Positions 51,389 through 59,939 of a stretch of 64,000 nt of DNA are shown piece by piece. The stretch lies in the IMG/VR virus record IMGVR_UViG_3300033066_000802, positions 32,001-96,000 of that record. The stretch is one strand, 5' to 3'. The DNA comes from a virus (taxonomy: Duplodnaviria; Caudoviricetes). How positions within the stretch are numbered: position 1 is the stretch's first letter; each line of letters starts with the position of its first letter. Made by a program: the position numbers and the translations under genes. The notes below the pieces were generated by a model, which was not told the origin of the DNA, did no database searches, and was given only the letters and a program-made list of their open reading frames with translations.

Positions 51389-51477
51389 ACTAATAAATAT
51401 GTTGATATTTACTAAAAGTGCTGGTTTAAAAACCAGCACCATTTGTAAACTTACTTTATCTCACATCCACCACTCGA
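50843..51477 (-). mobile_element. Putative free-standing HNH mobile element inserted in the nrdJ 3' end
   Basis: Removing it in silico joins nrdJ ...ELAC to GGAAGCEVK-stop in frame; the element carries a replacement tail SSGGCEIK-stop, a terminator, a promoter-like motif and the HNH ORF. Confidence 0.65.
51414..51439 (-). terminator. Hairpin terminator between nrdJ and the HNH gene
   Basis: gtgctggttt-aa-aaaccagcac followed on - by TTTT. Confidence 0.7.
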
Positions 51478-53310
51478 ACAAGCTAACTCACCACTCAAAT
51501 CTGTATTATCATCGTGTTCAATTATTTGACTTAAATCAATAGATGTTAAATGCTTTAATAAATTTTCATATTCTTCTTTTGTACAATCAGTAAAGGGAGC
51601 CTGTATATAAGAACCACCGTCATATGGTAATACGGATAAACCATTATAAAACTCTTTATTATTCCACATCCATTCACCAACATTTTCCCAATCACCATCC
51701 TTAATTGATATTGTAGCCGACACATTATGTGTGTTTTCACCCTTTCTATGACCACCTTTAATCCAATCTTTAGATATTTTCTTAACACGCTCCAATAAAT
51801 CGATGGATGACTCAGTTCTGAGTATGGAATTAGTTGGCGCTTTTTGTGGTACGCTGATTACAGCTGTATCATGTGGTCTAAAATATTCATCTTCAATCAA
51901 TTCTGGATGATATATTGATAAATATGTATATATAGCCTCATTTTTACCTACACGAAGTCTACGAACATAATAATCATTAAACCACGCATGGACACCTGAA
52001 GAAGTACCCAAAACTAAAGAACTTGTACCTGATGGTTTAACAGTTGTAGTTCTTGCAGCAACGTTAATACCTATTATACCAGCTACACGCTCATTTTCTT
52101 TTTTGACAATATTAGCCGCTTCCTTCATGTTGTAATTCAACACAACACCAGAACCTATACCTGTCATTCCAACCCCAATTAGAGCCTCCTTTTCGGTTGT
52201 TCTCTTCCATACTTCACGTATGTAGTGGAAGTTGGTATATCCAGCCTGTAAGGTACCTATAAATGCCGCAACCTTAACCCTCTCATTATAATCTTCTTGC
52301 GATTCAATATTTGAAACATTAACCTCACAAAGATTACAAAATTGATACGGTCTTAAAGCAATTTCGCAACATGGGTTTGTACCCCAATCTTTATCATTTG
52401 TAAAATAAATACCTGGTTCACCAGAACCTGAAAGTTCAATTCTCTTCCATAGATCATCAAAGAATTCTTTGGTAATTTTATGCCTCAATAATACAGCTGA
52501 ATTATTCGACCTACCCCTTTGAGGGTTTGTTTCCCACCAGCTACCTGACTTACATGAAATCATTTCATCATCATCAGCCGAAAATAAAGATATTAATGCC
52601 GCTCTACGAATACCACCAGCAAGTACCGCATCAGCTATATAACAAACAATATCGTGAACTTCGATTGTGGATAATTTATCACCATCCTCTTTATTGTTCA
52701 ATATTTTCTGAACATTATGTATACAATCCTTTAATGGTTGAGGGCCTGGAGCTTTACCACCAGATGTTATTAATCTTGCACCTTTAGGTCTGATATCAGA
52801 ATAATCAAAATCAGGTGTAGATGATATTTCGCCAGTATATGACTTAATTAATATTTTAATTGCGTCAGCCCACCCCTCAATTGTGTCAGATATTAAAAAT
52901 CTTCTCTTCCTATCTGGTTTTGGTTTCCTTATTTCAGGTAATTTCTCAACGTGGTGTTTTTGAACAGAATATCCAACGCCCGTACCACCTAATAAGAGGA
53001 ACATAACCTCTGGAAAACATTCAATATGATCAATAGGTAAATAACAACAGTTATATATTCTATTTGGTGATATTTCAATCGGTTTCCCTCCGAATTGAAG
53101 TGACCTCATTGAAGGTAAAACCTTCCTATCATATACATATTGATAATTTTTTATTATTTCTTCCCGTAATTGTGGATATTGCTTGATATGCATATCCATA
53201 TTCCTTGTTACCAAATCATGCCAACTCTCTCGTTTTTCCTTTTCTGGTAAAAATTTAGCGTACTTCATGTACACTGTAATGTCACTTAAAATTTTTTGTG
53301 ATAAATCCAT
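51451..53310 (-). CDS. nrdJ: Class II (adenosylcobalamin-dependent) ribonucleotide reductase, monomeric RTPR type
   Basis: LPSMRSLQF, YNCCY, GGTGVGYS, RRAALISLF, TNPCCEI, TTVKPSGTSS, C-terminal ACSSGGCEIK. Confidence 0.93.
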   Translation of the reverse strand: MDLSQKILSDITVYMKYAKFLPEKEKRESWHDLVTRNMDMHIKQYPQLREEIIKNYQYVYDRKVLPSMRSLQFGGKPIEISPNRIYNCCYLPIDHIECFPEVMFLLLGGTGVGYSVQKHHVEKLPEIRKPKPDRKRRFLISDTIEGWADAIKILIKSYTGEISSTPDFDYSDIRPKGARLITSGGKAPGPQPLKDCIHNVQKILNNKEDGDKLSTIEVHDIVCYIADAVLAGGIRRAALISLFSADDDEMISCKSGSWWETNPQRGRSNNSAVLLRHKITKEFFDDLWKRIELSGSGEPGIYFTNDKDWGTNPCCEIALRPYQFCNLCEVNVSNIESQEDYNERVKVAAFIGTLQAGYTNFHYIREVWKRTTEKEALIGVGMTGIGSGVVLNYNMKEAANIVKKENERVAGIIGINVAARTTTVKPSGTSSLVLGTSSGVHAWFNDYYVRRLRVGKNEAIYTYLSIYHPELIEDEYFRPHDTAVISVPQKAPTNSILRTESSIDLLERVKKISKDWIKGGHRKGENTHNVSATISIKDGDWENVGEWMWNNKEFYNGLSVLPYDGGSYIQAPFTDCTKEEYENLLKHLTSIDLSQIIEHDDNTDLSGELACSSGGCEIK

Positions 53311-53370
53311 AAAATAGTTTCGTTTTAAAGATAAATATACCTAACTTAAACAAGTTTTATATTTATTTTT

Positions 53371-54774
53371 TTATGCTACGTTTGTTCCTTCTCTTTGATT
53401 CCTAATGTCCTTTAATTTTTCAGCCAATAATCGATCTCTATTATTCTTATCCTGTTCCTCAAAACCTTGTATGGATATGATATCCTCAGTATCAATTAAC
53501 ATTTTACCATTATCAAATAAGCAATTTTGGAAAATCATACCGTCATCACCCATACGATTTTTTAATATGGTTATAGTTGCCCTTTTACTCTCTTTTTGTT
53601 CGAGAGTCTTTCCCACACTCACAATAAGGTGTGCTATTTGTGCTTTTTTAAGATTTCCACCCATATTTTCAGTTTTAACAACCTCAACAGCGGTTGATGA
53701 TCTATTACCTTGGGTAGCCACCCATCCAGCAACATTCATATCTGAAATCATAGTTTCGCACTGACGCATGATTTTACCTTCATTTGACCATTCTTCACTA
53801 CCAGAAAATTCTTTTTCAGCTGATAAACAATCAAGATAATCAATAATAACAAGATCAATTTTATCACCTTTTGAGTTAATCCTCTTAATTAAATTTTTAA
53901 TAACATTTACAGTGCAACCATCCGCAGATAATTTCATTATAAATAACTTACCAATACTCTCACTTGATGTTGCTATTTTAACTTTCTTTTTTACTTCATC
54001 TTTCCTTAATGATAATTCATTTAGTGGTATCTCAGTTAGTGAACAATAATGTTTACGTTGTACATCTCTCTTATTATCTTCAAAGAATATTTGTAATACG
54101 TTACGACCAGATTGGTATGCTGTACTTGCAATTTTTGTTAACATTGTTGTTTTACCAACCCCAAGAGGCGCTATTATTAACGCAAGTTCACCCTTAGCTA
54201 ACCCACCATTGGTTATCTTATCAATACCCTTAATACCTGTCGGTATTGGCTCTCTATAATCATCCGATAACGCATCATCAATCTCATATTCAAGATCAAT
54301 TGGTTCATCGATTTGTCTGAAATTCAAAGCCTTTTTTAAGGTTTCCTCAATCATATCAACGTCTTGAAGAATACCCTTATCCAATTTAGTTTTAATTTGA
54401 TTAACAGCTGTTTTTAATGATTGCATTTTACAAAACCTCATCGCAGTTTCCTGTACATTTAGGTTATTGATTTTACATTTTTCGATATTATCGATTGTAT
54501 CCAATAACTGTTGTTTAAATGTTTCAGTACCAGGTGAGGTTATATTCATATTAACCTCAGTCCTTAATGCTGGGAAATTTAATAAGCATTGATGCTGTGT
54601 ATGGTATTCCTTTATTAGGTGTGCTATCTTTGCAAAAGCCTCGTTAGCAAAATATTGTTTATCAATAATATCTATAATTGTCAAACCAAATTTATGATCG
54701 GTAACGATTTCATTAAAAAGTTGTAATTGATAGTCAACCCCTAAATCACTTATTTTCGTTATCTTTTCAATCAT
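53371..54774 (-). CDS. Replicative DNA helicase (DnaB/gp41-like)
   Basis: IPTGIKGID, Walker A APLGVGKT, IIDYLD, ATQGNR, KNRMG. Confidence 0.92.
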   Translation of the reverse strand: MIEKITKISDLGVDYQLQLFNEIVTDHKFGLTIIDIIDKQYFANEAFAKIAHLIKEYHTQHQCLLNFPALRTEVNMNITSPGTETFKQQLLDTIDNIEKCKINNLNVQETAMRFCKMQSLKTAVNQIKTKLDKGILQDVDMIEETLKKALNFRQIDEPIDLEYEIDDALSDDYREPIPTGIKGIDKITNGGLAKGELALIIAPLGVGKTTMLTKIASTAYQSGRNVLQIFFEDNKRDVQRKHYCSLTEIPLNELSLRKDEVKKKVKIATSSESIGKLFIMKLSADGCTVNVIKNLIKRINSKGDKIDLVIIDYLDCLSAEKEFSGSEEWSNEGKIMRQCETMISDMNVAGWVATQGNRSSTAVEVVKTENMGGNLKKAQIAHLIVSVGKTLEQKESKRATITILKNRMGDDGMIFQNCLFDNGKMLIDTEDIISIQGFEEQDKNNRDRLLAEKLKDIRNQREGTNVA

Positions 54775-55226
54775 ACTGTTTGGTCTAATCTGTAATTTAA
54801 ATATTCGAAATCAAGCGAATCAGTCTTAGAACATAAGACTTTTTGAGTGCTTGTAATAATTTTGTAAATAAACTCCCTTATATCCACACTATACCTAACG
54901 GATGTTGGGTAAATATTACCAGGGAATTCCCTATGAGCTATTTCACGACCATTCATTTTTATTGTGAACACAAACACATCATTATTGTTATTCTGATCGA
55001 ATGATGGATTATCTTCAAATTTATCGGCATTAGCCGCCATAAAATCAAGAGTCTTATTCTTAAGTGCCTCAGTAATTAAATGTAAATTCTCATCAACAGT
55101 ATATTTGAAATTAATACTGTTAACAGCTTTCGGGTTGAAACCAAAAACATTGAATAATCTCTGAACAATTATATGTTCATTTAATCTTAATGTGAACTCG
55201 AAGTTCTTATCTCTTTTGTCTTCCAT
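54771..55226 (-). CDS. Hypothetical protein in the replication cluster
   Basis: 151 aa; ATGA-coupled to the helicase. Confidence 0.72.
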   Translation of the reverse strand: MEDKRDKNFEFTLRLNEHIIVQRLFNVFGFNPKAVNSINFKYTVDENLHLITEALKNKTLDFMAANADKFEDNPSFDQNNNNDVFVFTIKMNGREIAHREFPGNIYPTSVRYSVDIREFIYKIITSTQKVLCSKTDSLDFEYLNYRLDQTV

Positions 55227-55236
55227 AATATATGTA

Positions 55237-56271
55237 TTATTTTTTAGTTTTAAAATAGTTTTGTTCTTTTTTTATAATAGTAATAAAAGTTGACCAAAAA
55301 ACAAAATATTGATCATCGTAACTTGGTATATAATTTATTAAACTATCTTCTTTGATCATTTTCATAACTTTATCTATACCGCCCCTACCAGTTGGGTCAA
55401 GAGCCTCATTAACCATAAGATTAATAGTTTCCTTTAGGTCGTCTGTTACATTTGGGTTTTCAAGGCTAATTATTTTCTCCATAACAGCAAAATAATCGGT
55501 ACCATATACACCCCACTTTGTCTTACCTTCAAGTATAGTTTCAAGTGCTTTAGTTTTCGGTTTTTCAGCTAATAATTCAGATGCTCTTTGTAAGACCCAA
55601 TTACTATCTTTAACATCATCCCTTAATTCTGGGAATATTTTTAACACCGTTTCCTCACCAATACTTTGTAATCCAGATATATTATCAGCACTATCCCCAG
55701 CAATCATCTTTATTAATCCAACATTACCCCTATGATAATTGAAGAAACTTTTAAAGTTTTTATCCGTAATTATTACCTTCTTATCTAAGAGATATTGTTT
55801 AGTATCCTCACCTATTAACTGTAATAAGTCACGATCTGCGCTGAGTATTATTTTACTCTCATTAGGTGAATTCCTTACATAGTAAGCTATACCATCATCG
55901 GCTTCACAACCTGGTACCTCGACTTGTCGTATATACAATTCTTCCAGATATTGTTTTATTCTCATTCTCTGACGACCCAGATCGTATAGTTCATCTTCTG
56001 TATATTTTCCGTTTCTATTTTTCTTATAATAAGGGTAATAACCCTCACGATATTTCGTAGAATCTTCACCTTCCCAAAACACAACAACTTTAGTTATCCC
56101 GTATTCTGAATAAAAACGTTTTATTGTGTTAATAAAATGGTAAATGGTACCAACCCTACCGTTTTCAGTTTGTGTATTTTTGGTACCATGAAAACCAATT
56201 TTAAGTAGGTTTTCCCCATCTATTAATAAGCTATTGAGCTTAACTATTTTTGCTGGTGGTTTAATTATCAT
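55237..56271 (-). CDS. 5'-3' exonuclease / flap endonuclease (T4 RNase H-like)
   Basis: LLIDGENL, YKKNR, EADDGI, SADRDLLQL, GDSADNISG. Confidence 0.92.
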   Translation of the reverse strand: MIIKPPAKIVKLNSLLIDGENLLKIGFHGTKNTQTENGRVGTIYHFINTIKRFYSEYGITKVVVFWEGEDSTKYREGYYPYYKKNRNGKYTEDELYDLGRQRMRIKQYLEELYIRQVEVPGCEADDGIAYYVRNSPNESKIILSADRDLLQLIGEDTKQYLLDKKVIITDKNFKSFFNYHRGNVGLIKMIAGDSADNISGLQSIGEETVLKIFPELRDDVKDSNWVLQRASELLAEKPKTKALETILEGKTKWGVYGTDYFAVMEKIISLENPNVTDDLKETINLMVNEALDPTGRGGIDKVMKMIKEDSLINYIPSYDDQYFVFWSTFITIIKKEQNYFKTKK

Positions 56272-57409
56272 CGTAATCTATGGCTTCGATAACACCATCA
56301 TTTCCCTGTTCAACAATATCAAGTTCCTCACCATCATCAGTCATTTGCATCCTACCAAGAATATAATCCATATGTTCTTTCTTATATTTTTCGATAGCCT
56401 CATTCCCTTCTTTATTTGCTGAACCACTTCTTCTATCCGTTGGTAAAAAACCGTGTGATGTAATAATTATATTAGAATCCTTATAACCCAACCCATTAAT
56501 GTGGTTTTTATCAACTGTGATTTTAGATCTAACAGCTATATCAATAACTCTACCATTCTTTGAGGCTTGTACCTTTGAGATACCTGATTCAGCTTCATTA
56601 CCAAAACGGAACACTAAAGTTGAGCATTGATAAAAAGCTTCACCGCCTTTAGGTTTAATCTTTGGTTGACCCATAGGGGTAGTTGGTCTTTGAACCCAAG
56701 GTAAATTACACACTACCAATCCAGCCCAATATTTAATTTCATTTCTCCTTGTTTTATTAATTCTCTGGTTAATACCCATGTTAATTTTCTCAGCAAGAAC
56801 ACCAGCTGTATGCTGTTTACCACCCTTACCTTCAAATGTCATCTTACATGGTACGGAACCCACAGAATCCCAGAAGAAACAAATATCTCTTGGTAGCAAG
56901 CCCTTTTCTTGATCGTCCAGTATCTTATTTATGAAGTCTGTTATTTGTTCAACATAATCAAATTTAGCTTCAAACATAAAATCACCATCCCAATTACCAT
57001 CCTCATCTTGCTCACATTCAAAACCCATAAGTTTAGCGTGTTCAAATGACCATTTTTGTTCAGTTACAATGAATATTGGTAATATACCCTTTTTCTGTGC
57101 GTCAACAGCCGCAGCAATAAGTGCGGTTGTCTTACCAGCATTAGAGTGTCCAAGTAACATATTGATGTGACCCATCGCAGGACCTGGTAACCCAGACGCT
57201 TCTAAAAACGCCTCACCACAATCAAGAAATACGTCTTTTTTGAAGTTTACAGGTGTACTGTTTTTTTTCTTATAATCGCTTAAAGAAAATTCCTTTTTCT
57301 TAATACCTTTCTTTTCTACGGTACTTTCATCTGGTTTATTTTCCTCTTCCTTTTTTTTCTTAGAACCCTTTTTATTAAGTTCTTCGTTTTCAGACATGAT
57401 ATTACTCAT
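56261..57409 (-). CDS. RecA/UvsX-like recombinase
   Basis: GHSNAGKTT, TEQK, WDSVGS, KPKGGEAF, VDKNH. Confidence 0.88.
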   Translation of the reverse strand: MSNIMSENEELNKKGSKKKKEEENKPDESTVEKKGIKKKEFSLSDYKKKNSTPVNFKKDVFLDCGEAFLEASGLPGPAMGHINMLLGHSNAGKTTALIAAAVDAQKKGILPIFIVTEQKWSFEHAKLMGFECEQDEDGNWDGDFMFEAKFDYVEQITDFINKILDDQEKGLLPRDICFFWDSVGSVPCKMTFEGKGGKQHTAGVLAEKINMGINQRINKTRRNEIKYWAGLVVCNLPWVQRPTTPMGQPKIKPKGGEAFYQCSTLVFRFGNEAESGISKVQASKNGRVIDIAVRSKITVDKNHINGLGYKDSNIIITSHGFLPTDRRSGSANKEGNEAIEKYKKEHMDYILGRMQMTDDGEELDIVEQGNDGVIEAIDYDDN

Positions 57410-57437
57410 AATAAATATTTTATATTTAAGTTAGTTT

Positions 57438-57462
57438 AAAAAGCCCCCTGGGTAGGGGGCTT
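57438..57462 (-). terminator. Intrinsic terminator after the SSB gene
   Basis: aagccccct-gggt-agggggctt with an A/T run. Confidence 0.8.
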
Positions 57463-57478
57463 TATATTATTTTTTTAA

Positions 57479-58399
57479 TTAAAATGGAAGATCATCCATA
57501 TTCATAACTTCAGCCTCTTCGAGATCAGCGTCAGCAACATGTTGTGTTGGAATATCAGATGGTGTTGAGTGTTGAGCAGGTGTACCAGAATTTACACTTT
57601 CATCATCAGATTGATGAACAAACTTCTTAAGTTCTGAACTCCATACAGGAGTACCATTTTCAGCAACAATTCTTAAGTATTCTACGGACTTCTTAGAATA
57701 AACGTCTTTCCAAGTCTTTGGGTCATTTAACCAAGTATCCATTTGTGCTTCATCATTAGATAATGGTGATGGATCTTCAACCTGAATGGAAGCAACTTTT
57801 GTGTATTCTTTATTCTTACCTTTAGACTTATCTTTCACAAGTGAAATAACAATATCCCTACCAGCGATTGGGTTCCATATAGCGCCAGCGCCACGTCCCT
57901 TAGTTTCGAGTCTTTTTATGATTGGTAATAATTTATCCATTATACCAGTTCCGTTTGTAACGTGATTAAACCTCCAGAATTTCACCCCTTCAGCTTCCTT
58001 ACCTCTTTGTACACCTCTTACAATGTAATAATCGCCAGATCTATATTTTTTTGCATTATCCTGGTCAACTTTATCACCATTTCTTAAAATCTGATAAGCA
58101 TCATTAAGTGGTGATTCCTCACCATCCTGTGCTGGATCATATAATTTTACGAAATTTTTACCTACTTTTAAGTTGTGGAACTTCTTAACAATGGCGAACT
58201 TCATAGGGTCTTCCTGACTTGGTAATATACGGAATATTACCTCTCCTTCGTTCACACCGTCAGGTAAATTAAGTGATAAATACTGCGTTAAATCGACAGT
58301 TTTCTTTGGTGTGTAATTTTTACTTTCCTTTGCTTTTGCGTAATCTGTTGAAACGTCTTCTGCGGCTTTGCCCCAATCTAAATTTTTGTAGTCTAACAT
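57479..58399 (-). CDS. Single-stranded DNA-binding protein (T4 gp32-like)
   Basis: FRILP, GVKFWRF, GRDIVI, acidic tail ending DDLPF; next to recA. Confidence 0.82.
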   Translation of the reverse strand: MLDYKNLDWGKAAEDVSTDYAKAKESKNYTPKKTVDLTQYLSLNLPDGVNEGEVIFRILPSQEDPMKFAIVKKFHNLKVGKNFVKLYDPAQDGEESPLNDAYQILRNGDKVDQDNAKKYRSGDYYIVRGVQRGKEAEGVKFWRFNHVTNGTGIMDKLLPIIKRLETKGRGAGAIWNPIAGRDIVISLVKDKSKGKNKEYTKVASIQVEDPSPLSNDEAQMDTWLNDPKTWKDVYSKKSVEYLRIVAENGTPVWSSELKKFVHQSDDESVNSGTPAQHSTPSDIPTQHVADADLEEAEVMNMDDLPF

Positions 58400-58419
58400 A
58401 TTGTTATAATTTTATACTA

Positions 58420-58451
58420 CAATAGTAAACAACAATTACCTTAAAGTCAAG
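58420..58451 (-). promoter_or_regulatory. Near-consensus Bacteroidetes-type promoter for the SSB gene
   Basis: On -: CTTG, 20 nt, TACTATTG (one mismatch in each box). Confidence 0.5.
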
Positions 58452-58470
58452 TTTTTTAAGAAAAATATTT

Positions 58471-58839
58471 TTAAAACATTGTTTTATTTATAGCATGTCC
58501 GAAAACAATTATACCAGGATTTTTTGTTAAAGTGGAAGCTCCAGCAGCACTTAGATATGTTGAACCTGTTGTTAATAATTTATATGAATTAACTGTTATT
58601 GATTGTATTGGCATTGAAACTATATTACCAGGTGGTATATCAAAAGTTATACCATTTACCGTAATGTTTATTGAATCTTCGCTATTACCCGAACCCATAA
58701 AACTATGTAATACTATAGTATAATTAGGGTTTTGAGTCGAACCACTTGCATGAGTATCAAAAAAACTATTATTTGTATCTGTATCACCATTGGTTAATGT
58801 TTGACCAGCGGTAAGTAATTGCATGAAATTCTCTCTCAT
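58471..58839 (-). CDS. Hypothetical protein
   Basis: 122 aa, beta-rich. Confidence 0.65.
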   Translation of the reverse strand: MRENFMQLLTAGQTLTNGDTDTNNSFFDTHASGSTQNPNYTIVLHSFMGSGNSEDSINITVNGITFDIPPGNIVSMPIQSITVNSYKLLTTGSTYLSAAGASTLTKNPGIIVFGHAINKTMF

Positions 58840-58845
58840 TATATA

Positions 58846-59649
58846 TTAAAAGTTTATACCTTCTCTTTTATCTTTATCGTCATCAATATTGAAACTTTTT
58901 TTAATTTCATTTGGGTCATAATTCGACATTAGATTATCCATCATTGATAACTTATTAGGTTTCTTTTCCATTGCTGTTTGATTCTTATAACCAACACCTT
59001 CTAAATAATCACTATCAGTTACACTGTAAGGGTATGATTTATCGGCTAAAGCCCTTCTTCTTTCAGCTTCGGTTGGTGGACGCATTAACTCAATTTGTTT
59101 TTCAATTTGACCCATCTGGTTTATAATTGAATCCATTTTCATTAATTTAGTATCAACATCACCCAATCTATCATAAACCATTTGAAGCCTATTTAAAGCC
59201 CTTTCTGTCTGTTTTAATACGTTTTGTGTATCTTGTACCAAAGAAGTTACATCGATCTCCACATCACCACCAGGATTACCACCCATTGCATTAGGATCAC
59301 CTATCTGGTCTACAGGTGCCGCATCAGTACCCATTGCTGGGTCAACTGGAGCAGCCGCTGCATTAGGATCAGCTGGTTGAGCCTGGTCTTGCGCACCAAT
59401 AACTTCACCTGGCTGTGCTGTTGCTATTTGATTAGCAACATCGTCAGTACCACCCATTGCTGGATCTGTTGTTACATCACCTGGTTGATTTTGTGGCGGC
59501 ATACCAGAATCATCAACTGGAGCCTCATCCTCAGCCTCATTATAAAAGCTATAAACCGTTTCATTAATAGTATTATCATTATATGACATAATACTTCTAT
59601 ATCGGTTTATTTCATTCTCCAATAAAGTATTCGACCTTTTATTGCTCAT
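58846..59649 (-). CDS. Acidic low-complexity hypothetical protein, possible head-internal/scaffold
   Basis: LLENEINRYRSIMSY N-terminus, D/P/A/Q-rich linker, EIDVTSLV, coiled coil, SYPYS. Confidence 0.7.
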   Translation of the reverse strand: MSNKRSNTLLENEINRYRSIMSYNDNTINETVYSFYNEAEDEAPVDDSGMPPQNQPGDVTTDPAMGGTDDVANQIATAQPGEVIGAQDQAQPADPNAAAAPVDPAMGTDAAPVDQIGDPNAMGGNPGGDVEIDVTSLVQDTQNVLKQTERALNRLQMVYDRLGDVDTKLMKMDSIINQMGQIEKQIELMRPPTEAERRRALADKSYPYSVTDSDYLEGVGYKNQTAMEKKPNKLSMMDNLMSNYDPNEIKKSFNIDDDKDKREGINF

Positions 59650-59690
59650 ATGTTATAAAATTTAAATATATGTTAAACATATATATTTAA

Positions 59691-59897
59691 TTATCTTAAG
59701 TAGTTTCTCGTGCTATTACTTACAGGTAATTCTTCCCTTAAAAGTTCACGACCATCTTCAACCACTAATTTCTTCTCAATCATCGTCTTTTCAATCAAAC
59801 CATCCTTTGTTTTGATGAAACATTTACCAGTGTTTGGGTCACAAACTTCCTGACCTATACCGATAAAGTTATTTAAATTTGCGTTTAAATCGTTCAT
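59691..59897 (-). CDS. Hypothetical protein
   Basis: 68 aa; CDPNTGKC, DGLIE, EDGRELL; TATTTAT upstream. Confidence 0.7.
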   Translation of the reverse strand: MNDLNANLNNFIGIGQEVCDPNTGKCFIKTKDGLIEKTMIEKKLVVEDGRELLREELPVSNSTRNYLR

Positions 59898-59939
59898 AAT
59901 ATGTATTATTTAATATAAATAGTTTTATTTTTTGTAAAG

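Larger units (their letters stand above)
3601..59921. promoter_or_regulatory. Recurrent sense-strand TATTTAT motif upstream of genes (putative phage late promoter/initiator)
   Basis: Copies at 3601, 8452(+), 12892, 15044, 18112, 27493, 32393, 50728, 51393, 53331, 57411 and 59915, each 0-46 nt before an ATG and oriented with the gene. Confidence 0.65.

Noticed and set aside
50843-51477. Group I intron or intein in nrdJ
   Set aside because: The insert has an in-frame stop and a terminator, is almost fully occupied by the HNH ORF with no room for a ribozyme core, and no junction register gives both an exon-terminal U and an intron-terminal G
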